Translations under genes and position numbers: made by a program
Shown here: piece after piece, positions 62,808-64,000 of the stretch
How the letters are laid out: each line of letters starts with the position of its first letter
Numbering within the stretch: position 1 is the first letter of the stretch
The notes under the pieces: generated by a model
The model's input: only the letters and a program-made list of their open reading frames with translations
Told to the model about the DNA's origin: nothing
Databases searched by the model: none
From: Candidatus Sysuiplasma jiujiangense
Lineage (GTDB): Archaea > Thermoplasmatota > Thermoplasmata > Sysuiplasmatales > Sysuiplasmataceae
Direction: 5' to 3'
Length of the DNA: 64,000 nucleotides
NCBI GenBank assembly: GCA_019721075.1
Contig: JAHEAD010000010.1
Coordinates: forward strand, 3,400-67,399

Positions 62808-63440
62808 TCAGGCAACCCCCAGCACTGCAATATGCGCCATAATGAAGATTATTGCGATCTGGAAAGCGGCCTGTACCCCTGCCAGTTTAACGTTGAGCAT
62901 GTTCAGCCTGATTATCCTCTGCTGGTCCGGAATGGGCTTCGACACCTCTACGAATATCCGTATACTGTTCGGAAGGAATATGCCGAAACCCTGCGCCGTG
63001 AGCACAATGACAACAATGCCCGCTGCTATTATCCATGGGGATGTTAGAACAAACATACCCAGCCTTTCCGCAAGATAAATACCGGCAACTATCGCAACGG
63101 AAGCAAGCGATGGCACGGCAAAGAAATTCAGTGGTGTGAGTCTCTTTGCGACTTCCACCCTCATCTGCGGTTCAAGCGTCCTGAAGATCATGGACATTAT
63201 CAGACCCATGAAAAGATCGAATCCGGTCCAGACAGCGCCAGTTATAACGTGAACATACTCGAGCAGAACTAGACTTTTGATTGAAAGAGCGACAATGAGA
63301 ACGGCGGGGGGGATTATACCCAGAATAAAGCTCCAGCGGAGGAGAGACCCGGTATATGACGGGAAGCCAACATTCGCCGCTTCCGTCCTTTCGGTATTCG
63401 CCCCATGCACTTCGGCAGTCGCTGTTTTGCTTGCCAACAA
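62808..63440 (-). CDS. Multi-pass membrane protein of unknown function
   Basis: About 5 TM segments; YVHVITGAVWTG. Confidence 0.75.
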   Translation of the reverse strand: MLASKTATAEVHGANTERTEAANVGFPSYTGSLLRWSFILGIIPPAVLIVALSIKSLVLLEYVHVITGAVWTGFDLFMGLIMSMIFRTLEPQMRVEVAKRLTPLNFFAVPSLASVAIVAGIYLAERLGMFVLTSPWIIAAGIVVIVLTAQGFGIFLPNSIRIFVEVSKPIPDQQRIIRLNMLNVKLAGVQAAFQIAIIFIMAHIAVLGVA

Positions 63441-63535
63441 GTCACCTTATATCAGTGGTTGAATGAAGGATGTAAACTGCGTTTAAAAGAGTTTTCAGTA
63501 CCTGTGCCGGCTCGACAGTCCCCTTACCCTGTGCA

Positions 63536-64000
63536 TTACTCGGGTGAGCGGTCTTTAAAGTCAGCCCTGCCGCGCTTCCCTGCAATCTGGGCAAACGTCA
63601 TCCCACTCACCGCGGAAAGGTCATAGTTGTTCGCATCGTAGCCTTTTTCGGTCCACTCGTCCTTGTGCTTTATGAGTAGCCACGTCTCTCTTCCAGGAAT
63701 CATGGACGTCCTGACAAGCGCGAACGATCCGTTCAACTTTTTGCCGTAAAGGCGAAACTTCAGGTTACCCTCCTCAAGCTCCCGGGCTGCAGTTTCCTGC
63801 TCATCCTGAAAAACGCTTACCTCACGTCTGATTCCCCTGGCTGTTTCCACCTCAGGTCTGTAAGTCCCTTCGTCCCATATCATCACGGTTCCTGCACCGT
63901 TGACCCCCGCGCCGATGACGCCCTCAAAGTGTCTGTATTCGAGGTCATGGTCGTCAGTACGCATTGCAAGACGTTTGACAGTGCTGTCGAGGGTCGGACC
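63536..64000 (-). CDS. LigD-type 3'-phosphoesterase domain protein (5' end beyond the window)
   Basis: GPTLD...KRLAMRTDDHDLEY..FEG, GAGTVMIWDEGTY, LYGKKLNG and WLLIK, with a stop soon after the domain. Confidence 0.9.
   Translation of the reverse strand, partial: GPTLDSTVKRLAMRTDDHDLEYRHFEGVIGAGVNGAGTVMIWDEGTYRPEVETARGIRREVSVFQDEQETAARELEEGNLKFRLYGKKLNGSFALVRTSMIPGRETWLLIKHKDEWTEKGYDANNYDLSAVSGMTFAQIAGKRGRADFKDRSPE

Overview
Archaeal chromosome segment, most likely class Thermoplasmata. The evidence is a stand-alone 16S rRNA gene with no linked 23S, grpE-dnaK-dnaJ next to a thermosome, and PAN. Bases 1 to about 56 kb are mostly housekeeping: rfcS, tRNA thiolase, glyA, coaBC, tmk, gcvPA/PB, GINS, ilvD, purA, purB, a PolB2 cassette, chaperones, PAN, thiL, a prepilin peptidase, a site-2 protease and SRP RNA. 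Both tRNA genes I found, Lys-CTT and Ala-CGC, carry introns at non-canonical positions (T-loop 59/60 and D-loop 20/21), each in a strict bulge-helix-bulge fold. After tRNA-Ala (about 56-64 kb) is an accessory region. It holds an internally deleted IS, an apparently intact IS66-type element with an 8-bp target duplication, a ubiquitin-like/beta-propeller gene pair, a peptidoglycan amidase and a stand-alone LigD phosphoesterase. The most striking gene is 60525-61277, a single ORF fusing a ribbon-helix-helix DNA-binding domain to a divergent 20S proteasome alpha subunit. All family calls come from motif recognition by eye; no searches were run.
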